From a virus (Duplodnaviria > Caudoviricetes), in IMG/VR virus record IMGVR_UViG_2687453341_000008: 64,000 bases of DNA; one strand, written 5' to 3'. The translations under genes and the position numbers were made by a program. The notes under the pieces were generated by a model, which ran no database searches, had not been told where the DNA came from, and was given only the letters and a program-made list of their open reading frames with translations. Positions 54,635 through 63,538 of the stretch are shown one piece after another; position 1 is the first letter of the stretch, and every line of letters starts with the position of its first letter.

Positions 54635-54940
54635 CTAGGCAACTGTCGAGAAGTAGTCGTAGATCATGGAAGATTGCTGCAGAACGATGGCTCGCAGCGC
54701 GTTATCCACCCAGGGCTCGACGATGTTTGGAACACCAGGGATGTCGATGGGAGCGACATACGTGTCGTATGCGTCCGCGACGATTTTGAGGAACTGATCC
54801 TTGGGCGGAAGAGAGACTCGGGTTTGCTCCAGAAACTTCTTGACCTTCTCAAGAAGCGACCCGGCAGCGGCCAACTGACTTCCACATCCCTCTGCATCCA
54901 ACGCAAAGGTATCTCTGTTAAAAACGTTCATCTCTGTCAT
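54635..54940 (-). CDS. Hypothetical protein
   Basis: YD.YV.PIDIPGVPN.VE..VD; GGAG RBS. Confidence 0.6.
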   Translation of the reverse strand: MTEMNVFNRDTFALDAEGCGSQLAAAGSLLEKVKKFLEQTRVSLPPKDQFLKIVADAYDTYVAPIDIPGVPNIVEPWVDNALRAIVLQQSSMIYDYFSTVA

Positions 54941-55022
54941 CGTCTTACTCCACACAGTGATTGCGACTCGAAACGGATTGAAGTAAACGATGCTGCCAAA
55001 AACCCCACCTACAGTGCAAATG

Positions 55023-55057
55023 AAAAAAGGGACGGTGTTACTCATTAACACCGTCCC
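55023..55057 (-). terminator. Rho-independent terminator ending the replication/recombination operon
   Basis: 12-bp stem GGGACGGTGTTA/TAACACCGTCCC followed by T6 on the minus strand. Confidence 0.85.
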
Positions 55058-55102
55058 CCCGCTCCTGTAATACGCTAAGACACGCGTTACATTGTTACCA
55101 TG

Positions 55103-55798
55103 CTACGCGTTCGATCCGACTAATTCAAACTCGCCAGACTCGAGCAACAGCACGTCGTCTTCGCTCTCCCCGTACTGGACGAATGCTTGCCCGGAATCAT
55201 GCACATCCGCCTGGACCGTGTCCCCTTTCTTGATCCCAGAACCATCCAGATCCACCTTAACCACGATGGTGAACTTGGATTCGGTGTTCTTTGGATCCCC
55301 GTCCTTGGCCTTCTGAATTGGAGCCGTGTACGGGATCGTCGTCGGTGAGTCATCGTCATCATCTTCGCAGAGGTCATTGAACTCGCTCAAGATTCGATTG
55401 ATCGCATCCTCATCGAGATTCGGAACGTCCCTCAAGCCAGACGAATACTCTGGATCCAGCCCGTTGGTTATCAACTCCAAACGACTGAACGTGGACACGC
55501 CTGCTTTTTCGAGTAACCCATAGATACGTGCAGGGAGCTTAAGCTTCCGAATCGAATCTTTATTGTCGGGCTGTTCTGCCACGCTTCCGAACAGCGTTGG
55601 TTGCGCGTCCTCATCCCCGAATGGGCCTCGATCTCCCAACTGTTTCAACCGCGTCTTGAGCTCTTCAAGCTTGTGCTGCTTCTCGAGCCGGATCTTCTTC
55701 GCATCGTCATACTCGACCTGAGCGACGGTGATCGCTCTTGATACGGACATGATTTCATTCTGCCACTTTTCCTGCATAGCAAACTGCTCAGGTGTCAT
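55103..55798 (-). CDS. Coiled-coil protein with an RNA polymerase alpha-CTD-like domain
   Basis: SIRKLKLPARIYGLLEKAGV...L..VPNL...I resembles alpha-CTD; acidic linker. Confidence 0.55.
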   Translation of the reverse strand: MTPEQFAMQEKWQNEIMSVSRAITVAQVEYDDAKKIRLEKQHKLEELKTRLKQLGDRGPFGDEDAQPTLFGSVAEQPDNKDSIRKLKLPARIYGLLEKAGVSTFSRLELITNGLDPEYSSGLRDVPNLDEDAINRILSEFNDLCEDDDDDSPTTIPYTAPIQKAKDGDPKNTESKFTIVVKVDLDGSGIKKGDTVQADVHDSGQAFVQYGESEDDVLLLESGEFELVGSNA

Positions 55799-55804
55799 TG
55801 CCTT

Positions 55805-56290
55805 CTATCCTTGATTACTTGCCAAACACATAATCCAGTAGGCCTCCGCAGCTAACTGGCTATTAATCTTGATCTGGACGCCGTTCTTTCCCGCCGCATC
55901 GATGTAGTCTGCCGGTGTAGCACCTTTCCGACCGATCGCCATCCGCGAAACCGCATCGGGAGCGAACTCCACTAATTGAACTTTGTGCCGAGCCGACGCC
56001 ATGAGCACTACACCGGCCATTCGAGCATTCGCTTCTGCGTCGTTAAAACTCTTGACGTTAATACCGTACTGAGACGACTGAATTGCAACGATGTCGTACC
56101 TTCGATCGGAGAGGATGTGCTTATCGAGGTAGTTATGCAACTCGAGAAGCCTAGCTCCTGCGAGCGAGGAAGAACCGATGGCCTTGGCTTTCCCTCCGCT
56201 CGGAAGGTTGTATTGACCGAACACAAGATCGAAGCCAGCGATACCAATACTCACCGGGCTCAGGCTAATGGCGACAACTCTTCTAGTCAT
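55805..56290 (-). CDS. RuvC-like protein with degenerate catalytic residues
   Basis: VVAISLS...GIA, IVAIQ, GV, G.KGAT, AEAYWI follow the RuvC pattern. Confidence 0.55.
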   Translation of the reverse strand: MTRRVVAISLSPVSIGIAGFDLVFGQYNLPSGGKAKAIGSSSLAGARLLELHNYLDKHILSDRRYDIVAIQSSQYGINVKSFNDAEANARMAGVVLMASARHKVQLVEFAPDAVSRMAIGRKGATPADYIDAAGKNGVQIKINSQLAAEAYWIMCLASNQG

Positions 56291-57089
56291 TATCGAGAGA
56301 CTCCAGATACTTGAATCGAATGCTGTGCAACGAGGCTCCGTGCTCGACGTCCTTCAACCCAACAGGCTGGACAAACCGATTGCCCGTGCCGTTTTCGGAC
56401 ATGTAGGCCGGAGTCGCCCCGTACCAAAACACGCGATCCTCTTTGAGTGTGTTCTTCACGCCTGAAACAACGTAGGCAGACCGACCAACAAACCGACCCG
56501 CCTTACCCCAGCACAGGACGGTGAAACTCGTCGACAAACAAGTCAAGCGAATCACTCGGTCGTTCCAATCCCCAATGGGATCTTCGTCGCCCCAAAGCTC
56601 GTCCACTCGTTTAAGCCGCTTCGCAAAAAGGTTTAGTCTTTGGAAGCCGCCGCACCCGTGTGACATTGCGAGCATCATTTCTTTGCGACTGTCAATCGAA
56701 GGATCCGGGAACAAACCTATGAAGCAAGCGATCGGCTTGGACTTATCCCAGATCTCCCACTTTCGATACTCGTACCGACCGTCAACGCTCTTCTCGATCC
56801 CCCGATCCTCATTCCCATCCCATGTGGTCCAGGTCGGATCAGTCGCGTAAGCATCGAATTGCTCACTCCTGGTCCCATCGAAAAAAATCGTGTCGCTCTT
56901 GGAGAATAGCGGCATGCCCTTTCGCATCCGCTTTCGCATAACATCAATGCGGTCCATCGATGACGGCATCGCATCGTTAGGCGCGTCGGCATCCACCAAC
57001 GGAAGATATCCAAAGTCATCTCCGAACTTTGTAACCCAGTCAAAGAAACTGACCGGGAGCTTAATTGTACCTGCAGCTCGTTCCAGCAC
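56283..57089 (-). CDS. DUF1643-like protein (divergent) with N-terminal extension
   Basis: SVDGRYEY...WD..KP...FIGL.P, NLFA, DPIG..ND, LCWG. Confidence 0.7.
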   Translation of the reverse strand: MLERAAGTIKLPVSFFDWVTKFGDDFGYLPLVDADAPNDAMPSSMDRIDVMRKRMRKGMPLFSKSDTIFFDGTRSEQFDAYATDPTWTTWDGNEDRGIEKSVDGRYEYRKWEIWDKSKPIACFIGLFPDPSIDSRKEMMLAMSHGCGGFQRLNLFAKRLKRVDELWGDEDPIGDWNDRVIRLTCLSTSFTVLCWGKAGRFVGRSAYVVSGVKNTLKEDRVFWYGATPAYMSENGTGNRFVQPVGLKDVEHGASLHSIRFKYLESLDND

Positions 57090-57115
57090 TGTAGCGTCCT
57101 TGCGTTTTGTGGTTC

Positions 57116-58162
57116 CTACAGCCTGGCTTTAGCCGACGCGATCGCAGCGAGTACTTCATCTCGATCTTCAGCTCGGACATGCTCCAAGTCTCGCTCGATT
57201 TCGATGATAGTCAACGGGTCGGTAGCTGCTTTGAGCTCCAAGAGCAAAGCCTGCTTCGAAATGCCTTCGGGAGCGACGAATTCCGTGTCATGGATCACCT
57301 CAGTACTGGTGGACTCCGCGTTCCGTCGTTTCAATTCCTCTTTTAAGTCGTCCGCCGACCGAACAGTTCGCACGCTGGGGGAGTTGATGACATTGCTGTT
57401 ACGATCACCGTAGTCGTTGCGATCTTCCTTCTCGATCGCCGCTTGGGCCTCCGCGGAGATTGGGAGCCATTTGCTTAGCCGCTTGAACGTGGTTTTTTTC
57501 CACATCTCAAACTCTTTGTGCGGAAATCTCGGATCCCAAGGGGTGTCGTTACTCTTCTTGGCTACGAAAGCCTGCCACCCGGGTGAACCATCACGAATCG
57601 CGAGGATGTCCGCGCGAGACATCACTTCCGCTCGCTCGGTACCATCTTTGAACACAACCAGTGAGTAAGCCGCAAAGACTTCTCCGGCCTCTTTCGGTGC
57701 CTTCGCATCTGTCCTAAGGAAGTGCGGGACGTGTTCTTTGAGCTGCCCCTTATTCCAAACGAAGATGTCTCCACGCCGGATCACATCGGCAGCCACGTGC
57801 GACACCTTCCCCGATCGCAGAACCAACTCCGCGATCCCTTTGTAATCGAGCTGATAAGTGCACGTCCGCCCGTAGGGAATCAAGTGCGCTCGCCTACCGT
57901 CCGGCTCGAGGCCGATCGCAGCAAGATCCAGCACGGAGCCGATGAAGCTCTGCCGTGTGCACAAAGCGAGTTTTGGATTCTTGTTGAGCTGATTGATTAC
58001 CACGCGCACGAAGAACTCAGGCTTCATGTGCGAAGGCAGAATTTGCAATAATTTCCTGGAAGTGTCATCCGACTGGAGATCCTCCAATAGGATCATAGCC
58101 TCCGACCTTTTCGGACTTGCACCACTGACATGCTCGGTACGTTCTTCAGCTGCTGCTGTCAT
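57116..58162 (-). CDS. recT: RecT single-strand annealing protein
   Basis: NPKL..CT..S, GLEP, A.LIPY, YKG..L..RSG, EM.KKT..KRL.KWLP.S.E. Confidence 0.93.
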   Translation of the reverse strand: MTAAAEERTEHVSGASPKRSEAMILLEDLQSDDTSRKLLQILPSHMKPEFFVRVVINQLNKNPKLALCTRQSFIGSVLDLAAIGLEPDGRRAHLIPYGRTCTYQLDYKGIAELVLRSGKVSHVAADVIRRGDIFVWNKGQLKEHVPHFLRTDAKAPKEAGEVFAAYSLVVFKDGTERAEVMSRADILAIRDGSPGWQAFVAKKSNDTPWDPRFPHKEFEMWKKTTFKRLSKWLPISAEAQAAIEKEDRNDYGDRNSNVINSPSVRTVRSADDLKEELKRRNAESTSTEVIHDTEFVAPEGISKQALLLELKAATDPLTIIEIERDLEHVRAEDRDEVLAAIASAKARL

Positions 58163-59043
58163 GCTTCCACCTTTACATTCGAAGGCAATTTCGCCAATAC
58201 GGATAACGATTTACCCAGCTTTACCACCTGCTGGTCATCCAACACCAAATAGGTACAACCGCTCGAGCTCTTAGCGATTATTTGCTTGTTCTTTTCGAGT
58301 TTCTTAGTTGCTTCATTGATCTGCTGTTGCAACCGAACAGCCTCTTTGACGGTCTGGCTGATTTCGCGCCCGACGTATTTGGCCGAGTACCGATCTGCTT
58401 CGGCACGAACCGCTTCATACGCGGTCTTTCCATGCACCATTGGGCGGATGCCCTTGGCAGCCTTGTCGATCAAATCGGCATAGGTAATCAGCATTTGCTC
58501 AATGAGCTCTTCATTGCGTTCAACCCAACGCTGAACGTACGTGCCACGTAGCAAACTGATGAGCACACCTGCCTTGTATCCAGTGCAAATCAACTGATGT
58601 TGAATCTGCAGATAATGTTTCATGGGGATTTGGTCGTCCGCGTAGTCCGCCCAATTCCCATGCTGCTCAAACTTGGCTTCAATGACGATCCGTTCACTGG
58701 TCGACGTCTTGAACCCAGACGCATCGAGCGTGCAGCAAAGGTGCGGATATTGATCCGGAACGACCAAGTTGAATCCGCCAGACTCAACATCCCACTCGGG
58801 ATTCTTTTGCTTGAAGAGCTGAATGATGGAGGGCTCGAATATCTTGCCTTCGTTCATCAAGCTAATTTGACTGGCATTGAAAGATTTTCGCTTCCCAGTT
58901 GTTAGCCGCTCCCAAACGGTAACGATGTCTTCATCGTCGTAACCAAAGCCGAAGATTGCTCTTGCATCGGATGACCCGATACGTCGCAACTTTTTGCTAA
59001 GCCACTCGGATTCTTGAGCGTTAGTATCAACCATGATCATCAA
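58159..59043 (-). CDS. YqaJ/lambda-exonuclease family recombination nuclease
   Basis: WL......IGSSD, G..FEP, TLD, IEAK, Y.QIQHQL; adjacent to recT. Confidence 0.9.
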   Translation of the reverse strand: MMIMVDTNAQESEWLSKKLRRIGSSDARAIFGFGYDDEDIVTVWERLTTGKRKSFNASQISLMNEGKIFEPSIIQLFKQKNPEWDVESGGFNLVVPDQYPHLCCTLDASGFKTSTSERIVIEAKFEQHGNWADYADDQIPMKHYLQIQHQLICTGYKAGVLISLLRGTYVQRWVERNEELIEQMLITYADLIDKAAKGIRPMVHGKTAYEAVRAEADRYSAKYVGREISQTVKEAVRLQQQINEATKKLEKNKQIIAKSSSGCTYLVLDDQQVVKLGKSLSVLAKLPSNVKVEA

Positions 59044-59052
59044 TTCGATAGA

Positions 59053-59436
59053 CTAAGAACACAACGGGAAGTCTCGTGCGACCGACGCGTCGATCAACCT
59101 TTGGAAAGCCGACCAATCGACCTTTCCTTCTTTGAACGGGATTGTGGATTCATCCACTGCCTTGCGAACGGTGAATTTCCGAATCCACCTCCCCCTCGCC
59201 ACAGTCTCGCTCTCGTCGGAACTGTTGACGTAACAGAGGTACTCGGACACGCTCGGAAGATCTACCGGTACGTTCCAACTCTTTGCACCCAACTTGATTC
59301 CACCGATCGCAGCTAGGCACGCGTTTACGCTAACGCGTATCGGCAGGTCACACACTGGAAGAATGAACGCCTGCTCTTTGACGAATAGCGTTCCGTCTTG
59401 AGTCACTATTGATATTCGATGTTTCTTGTCTGCCAT
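59053..59436 (-). CDS. Hypothetical protein
   Basis: GGGGAG RBS downstream of a promoter motif. Confidence 0.6.
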   Translation of the reverse strand: MADKKHRISIVTQDGTLFVKEQAFILPVCDLPIRVSVNACLAAIGGIKLGAKSWNVPVDLPSVSEYLCYVNSSDESETVARGRWIRKFTVRKAVDESTIPFKEGKVDWSAFQRLIDASVARDFPLCS

Positions 59437-59461
59437 ACTCTCCCCGCTGTACTTGAACCCT

Positions 59462-60106
59462 TCATACAAAGAGGCCGGAATGGGCAGCGGTTTGTGACAT
59501 AGATTCCAGTTTTTTTAACAACAAAAAGTCAGGACGGTATTTTCTTGATTGTTTGCTATTGAGAACCCAATCCACTTCGACTCCCTTCTCTTCGCAGTCT
59601 GATAGCGTCAAAGACTTCACTTCCAAGCTCTCCACACGATCCCAGTAATCGTCTTGATCTGAGACCGGAAAGATAAATGTTCGAGCGGGAACGGTGCGCT
59701 TCGCAAGAGATCTTTCGTTCCAATGGAACAAAAAGAAGCACGTTGCGCCGAAGCGGCTTCTGCGGAGCATGTGTTTCAACTGCCGCGCCCGCGGCCCGCG
59801 AGTCTCCGCTCGATATTTGTTCCAAGGAAACGATGCGGAAGAGCAAACCTTTGCGTCAAAGATAACGTGCCTAAAAGTATGCGGTAGGCCTTTGCTTTCG
59901 CCTTCGAGGCACCGGTACATGCCTTCGAAGTCCGGAAGAGACTGTATGAGCTGCGTCTCCATTGCCCCTGGGGTTGTATGCGACGGTCTCACAGTTGCTT
60001 GGACCCCATAACGACCGATCACCGCGAATTTGATTTCTTCGTACCAGGCACTTTGGTCCAGCACGAGTTGCTCAAATTCTTTGCTTGTCAATTTGCTCGG
60101 AACCAT
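59462..60106 (-). CDS. RecU-like Holliday junction resolvase
   Basis: FE, SLPDFEG, IFDAK, Q..H.L motifs. Confidence 0.6.
   Translation of the reverse strand: MVPSKLTSKEFEQLVLDQSAWYEEIKFAVIGRYGVQATVRPSHTTPGAMETQLIQSLPDFEGMYRCLEGESKGLPHTFRHVIFDAKVCSSASFPWNKYRAETRGPRARQLKHMLRRSRFGATCFFLFHWNERSLAKRTVPARTFIFPVSDQDDYWDRVESLEVKSLTLSDCEEKGVEVDWVLNSKQSRKYRPDFLLLKKLESMSQTAAHSGLFV
59472..59499 (-). promoter_or_regulatory. ECF-like promoter
   Basis: TGTCAC-AAACCG..-CCGGCCTC, N15. Confidence 0.75.
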
Positions 60107-60109
60107 TAT

Positions 60110-61441
60110 TCACCCCAGTTGGTCGACGTTCGCGTCGGAAAAAGTCTGAAAATGCCCTGCCCAGTTCAATGGAACCGCACCGAGCGGTCCATTCCGTTGT
60201 TTCGAGATAATGAGCCGGGAGTCAGTGGACTCTCGAGATGCTCGATGCAGTAACATCGCCACGTCTGCGTCGTCAACAATTCGCTTTGAATCGGCCCAGC
60301 TAGAATTGTCCGGCTCCTCCATGACGCCGCTTCGGCCCTTTGTGATCTCCGAATCGACTGACAACTGACACAAAACAAGCACCGCGATATTCATCTCTTT
60401 CGCAAGATCCTTGAACGCCTCGGTGAGTTGCTTGGTTCGTTCATGCTTGGGACTTCGGTAATCGAACGGACGAACGAGCTGGAGGTTGTCAACGATCAGG
60501 AATTCCAAACCTTCGCAAGACTTCCTTAACCGGCATTTCGCCCGGATTGATTGGTAGGATTCTTTTACGTCGGTCATCCATAAACGCGCGGACGCGGCAA
60601 CCGTATCGCGAAACTCTCTTACCGCCAGCAACTCTTGGTCTGAAAGCCTGCCAAGCCATCGCCTGTGATTCATCTTCAAGTATGAAGACATAATGCGTTC
60701 TGTCACCTCTGCGTTCTTCATCTCGAGCGAGGAGAACCACGCACATTTCCCCTGGGCGACGGCGCTCATGCAGAAGTTGGCTGCTAACGCCGTCTTGCCT
60801 ACTCCGGTTCGCGCTCCAAGCAAATACAACTTACTCGGAGCGAACCCACCTATTAACGCATCGAGCGAAGGAAGGCCCGTCGTGAATCCAACACGCGCCG
60901 CATCCTCCTCATCGGACCCGCCTATCTTGGATTCCACAACACTGTCAACGATCTCTTTAAAATGCCTGAACCCGGCGTCCTTGCTATTCCCCACGCCTTC
61001 GGTCTTTGCCGTAAACGCGTTGAGAAGTTTTTGAGGGTCTGCTTTTGGATCCGTCGACGCAGTCAGTAACGACCCAGCAGCATATTCGAGCCGTCTCAAC
61101 TCCGCGTAGCGCGCTACCTCACGGCAGTAGTACTCATAGTGCGTGACCGTTGGCTGGCGATTGATGATCTTCGCGAGCGCCGACATGCCGCCGATTTGTT
61201 CCAACAACCCTCGCTTTTTGAGCTCAAGAATGAGCATCCTGGCATCGGAGTCGACATTACCGACGCGAAGATCGAGGCACACCCCCCAGATATCCGCCAA
61301 CGTCCTATCGAAGAAGTCTCGGTGCGAAACCAATGCGCTCATTGCTTCAATCAAGTGAGGCCCAATAAAAGCGATTGAGATCACGCTCTCTTCTGCCTCG
61401 ACACGTGCTTCGATCGCACCATCCTTGACGCTTGTCATCAA
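60110..61441 (-). CDS. dnaB: Replicative DNA helicase DnaB-like
   Basis: GARTGVGKT, SLEM, IVDNLQL, LCQL, DAD, KQRNG. Confidence 0.93.
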   Translation of the reverse strand: MMTSVKDGAIEARVEAEESVISIAFIGPHLIEAMSALVSHRDFFDRTLADIWGVCLDLRVGNVDSDARMLILELKKRGLLEQIGGMSALAKIINRQPTVTHYEYYCREVARYAELRRLEYAAGSLLTASTDPKADPQKLLNAFTAKTEGVGNSKDAGFRHFKEIVDSVVESKIGGSDEEDAARVGFTTGLPSLDALIGGFAPSKLYLLGARTGVGKTALAANFCMSAVAQGKCAWFSSLEMKNAEVTERIMSSYLKMNHRRWLGRLSDQELLAVREFRDTVAASARLWMTDVKESYQSIRAKCRLRKSCEGLEFLIVDNLQLVRPFDYRSPKHERTKQLTEAFKDLAKEMNIAVLVLCQLSVDSEITKGRSGVMEEPDNSSWADSKRIVDDADVAMLLHRASRESTDSRLIISKQRNGPLGAVPLNWAGHFQTFSDANVDQLG

Positions 61442-62832
61442 CTCTCCACGGGTTCGAATGGTTTGAGTTTCTTGAATTGATCCATCAGGTCCTTACGAGG
61501 CCGGAGCGGTTGCTCTTCTGCCGGAGGCAAAATGCCTACCAGGGGAATCCCACCAGGCCGGGCCGGAGTCTGAACCGATTTGGTTCCAGCCGATTTCTCC
61601 CACGTGCGAATGGCAGATTGCCAGTCTTTCATGGAGTTTCCGTTCGCCAGCTTCCAGCCTTGCGTCTGGTAGTAGTCATAGAACTTTTCAGGGTCGACGC
61701 TGTTCTTTCTCTCGTTGCAGTACTGGGTCACTTGTTCGAGGGTTGGTTTTATGAACACATTCGAACGCTTGGGCTTCCCACCGCTTTCGACCCTCCAAAG
61801 ATCCGAGATGGTTGCGTAGACAGTAGCCCTCCCGCTCGCATCAAAGCGATCGAATAGCTTCTGCGATTCCAATTCAGGATCGTCGCTTGCAACCGGCGAG
61901 GCCGATTCCGACGGCGTTCTCGAGTCGATGTCATGGAGGGTGACATCTGACTCACCTTCGTTCGGCCTCGCCAAGATTCCCGTGGTTACGGGGCACTTCT
62001 CGCGAAGCAGCTTCTCAAACTCCTCGCACCCATCGAGCTTCTCCAAGATCAGCTCAGCAACGTCGAGGAGATCCACCTTTGCCAACAGGGCCTGGATCTG
62101 CACGATCGGCGAAGCAGTCGGAACCGGTTGCGAGCGCTCAACCAACTCACGAGATTTCTCAGGCTTCAGTTTGGGAGGCTTCGGATCTGCAACCGCTGCT
62201 TTGACAGCAGCAGCCCCCTCTTGAATGATCTTTTTCTGCTCCGTCTTGTCGGGGATAACGTCTACCAACCTGGAAGCCGTACTCACTTTCAGCTCGCCGG
62301 ACTCAACCGCGCTGACAACCTCTGCTGCTCCCTCGTTTAGCACTTTCTTTGCGAAATCGACGGTCTTGCCAGACACACCGACGGATTTGCCTGCCATATC
62401 GCGAGCAGTCCCCGTCTGACCCTGTGGAAAATTTTCCATAGGGTCAGCTTTGCCTCTCAGCATTCGCTTTCTGGCCTCGGACTCGTAGTACTCGCTGAGT
62501 TTCGCAGCGACCACGGCCTTTTGCGAAACGGACAAGTTCCTTCGATGATTGTTTTTCGCGATCACGAAGGTTGCTGGATCTTCTCCAGCCTTGAGCGTTT
62601 CGAACTCCGGCTTCACCCCTGCTTCCTTGCAAGCGGTGTATCGGTTTCGGCCATCGAGAATTTTCTTCTCGAAGAGGGTGATCTTCTCTTTCTGCCCGTG
62701 CTTCTTGATGCTCTCGACAAGTTCCTTGTGCTCCTGCGAAGTGGCAAGCGGCCAGCAGTTCGCCAGCTCATGGAAGTCGTAGTTTGGGAAACGATTCATC
62801 GAAACAGATACGCTCGGCATACGAACAACCAC
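61438..62832 (-). CDS. Phage replication initiator (ParB-like N-terminus, replisome-organiser-like C-terminus)
   Basis: ILDGRNR...N..RRNL; C-terminal F.KPTLEQV..YC...F.DYY...GW....MKDW....RTWE; coupled to dnaB. Confidence 0.8.
   Translation of the reverse strand: MVVRMPSVSVSMNRFPNYDFHELANCWPLATSQEHKELVESIKKHGQKEKITLFEKKILDGRNRYTACKEAGVKPEFETLKAGEDPATFVIAKNNHRRNLSVSQKAVVAAKLSEYYESEARKRMLRGKADPMENFPQGQTGTARDMAGKSVGVSGKTVDFAKKVLNEGAAEVVSAVESGELKVSTASRLVDVIPDKTEQKKIIQEGAAAVKAAVADPKPPKLKPEKSRELVERSQPVPTASPIVQIQALLAKVDLLDVAELILEKLDGCEEFEKLLREKCPVTTGILARPNEGESDVTLHDIDSRTPSESASPVASDDPELESQKLFDRFDASGRATVYATISDLWRVESGGKPKRSNVFIKPTLEQVTQYCNERKNSVDPEKFYDYYQTQGWKLANGNSMKDWQSAIRTWEKSAGTKSVQTPARPGGIPLVGILPPAEEQPLRPRKDLMDQFKKLKPFEPVES
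61560..61587 (-). promoter_or_regulatory. ECF-like promoter upstream of dnaB (inside the initiator 3' end)
   Basis: GGAACC-AAATCG..-CCGGCC, N15, ~120 bp before the dnaB start. Confidence 0.6.
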
Positions 62833-62874
62833 CAGGATCTAGTCGGAAGAAAGACACGCCACCAGAGTGGGGCG

Positions 62875-63111
62875 CTACGCTCGGAACAAACCGCCAGCGA
62901 CAATAGCGACTAAGAAAAAAGCAAACAACAAGACGCCGATGCCAACCAGTACTAGCTTGTCTTCGGAACCTAGTTCGTACCAACGGTTTGGAAGGTCTTG
63001 GCTAGTCCGAGAATCGATGAATGACTCGTTGATACGAGATCGATCCATTTTGCGAGCAGAGTCAACTGCTTCGTCTTCGGCTGAGCAGGATTGCTCAAAG
63101 AGATTCCTCAT
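62875..63111 (-). CDS. Small membrane protein
   Basis: GGAG RBS; C-terminal TM helix. Confidence 0.55.
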   Translation of the reverse strand: MRNLFEQSCSAEDEAVDSARKMDRSRINESFIDSRTSQDLPNRWYELGSEDKLVLVGIGVLLFAFFLVAIVAGGLFRA

Positions 63112-63197
63112 CTGTCACTCCATAGCCACAGCTTTAAGCGGCTGGTCGCTGTTCCGTTTCCATTTGTTAGGTGCGAGATCAACTCGCTCACCCTAAA

Positions 63198-63225
63198 AGG
63201 CCGGAAGCATGTTGCGTTTGTGACA
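63198..63225 (-). promoter_or_regulatory. ECF-like promoter heading the replication operon
   Basis: TGTCAC-AAACG..-CCGGCCTTTT, N15, intergenic. Confidence 0.75.
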
Positions 63226-63273
63226 GACGAACGAAAAGTTTTTTTGCCGAACCAGTGCTGGTATCTCGCGCGA

Positions 63274-63535
63274 TCTAGTAGATTCTCTTACCTAACTAAG
63301 AAGAAAAACATCTAGCGATAATGTTCCGCCCACGCGGGCAGACCCCCTCTATCCCCCAATACCGGGATGAGTGGCCCGCGTGATGGTCTAGCGACAACGT
63401 CCAAGCCCTTTCGCGCGCAGTTCGCATTATCTTTTTTTACGTCGCGATGCTTGCCGTCCCCACGACGGACTTTCTGGCCCGTCGATCGGCGAGGAAAGAA
63501 TCTCACCAGACAGCGACAACAGATCGTCTACTAGA
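63274..63535 (-). ncRNA. Candidate structured non-coding RNA
   Basis: Starts just after a promoter motif; 9-bp end-to-end pairing and two internal hairpins; no convincing ORF. Confidence 0.35.
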
Positions 63536-63538
63536 GAT

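Noticed and set aside
56405-56435. Other GGCCGG hits inside coding regions (also near 34680, 48555, 48908, 53062)
   Set aside because: No matching -35 at the 14-15 nt spacing and not positioned ahead of gene starts; expected by chance in GC-rich DNA.
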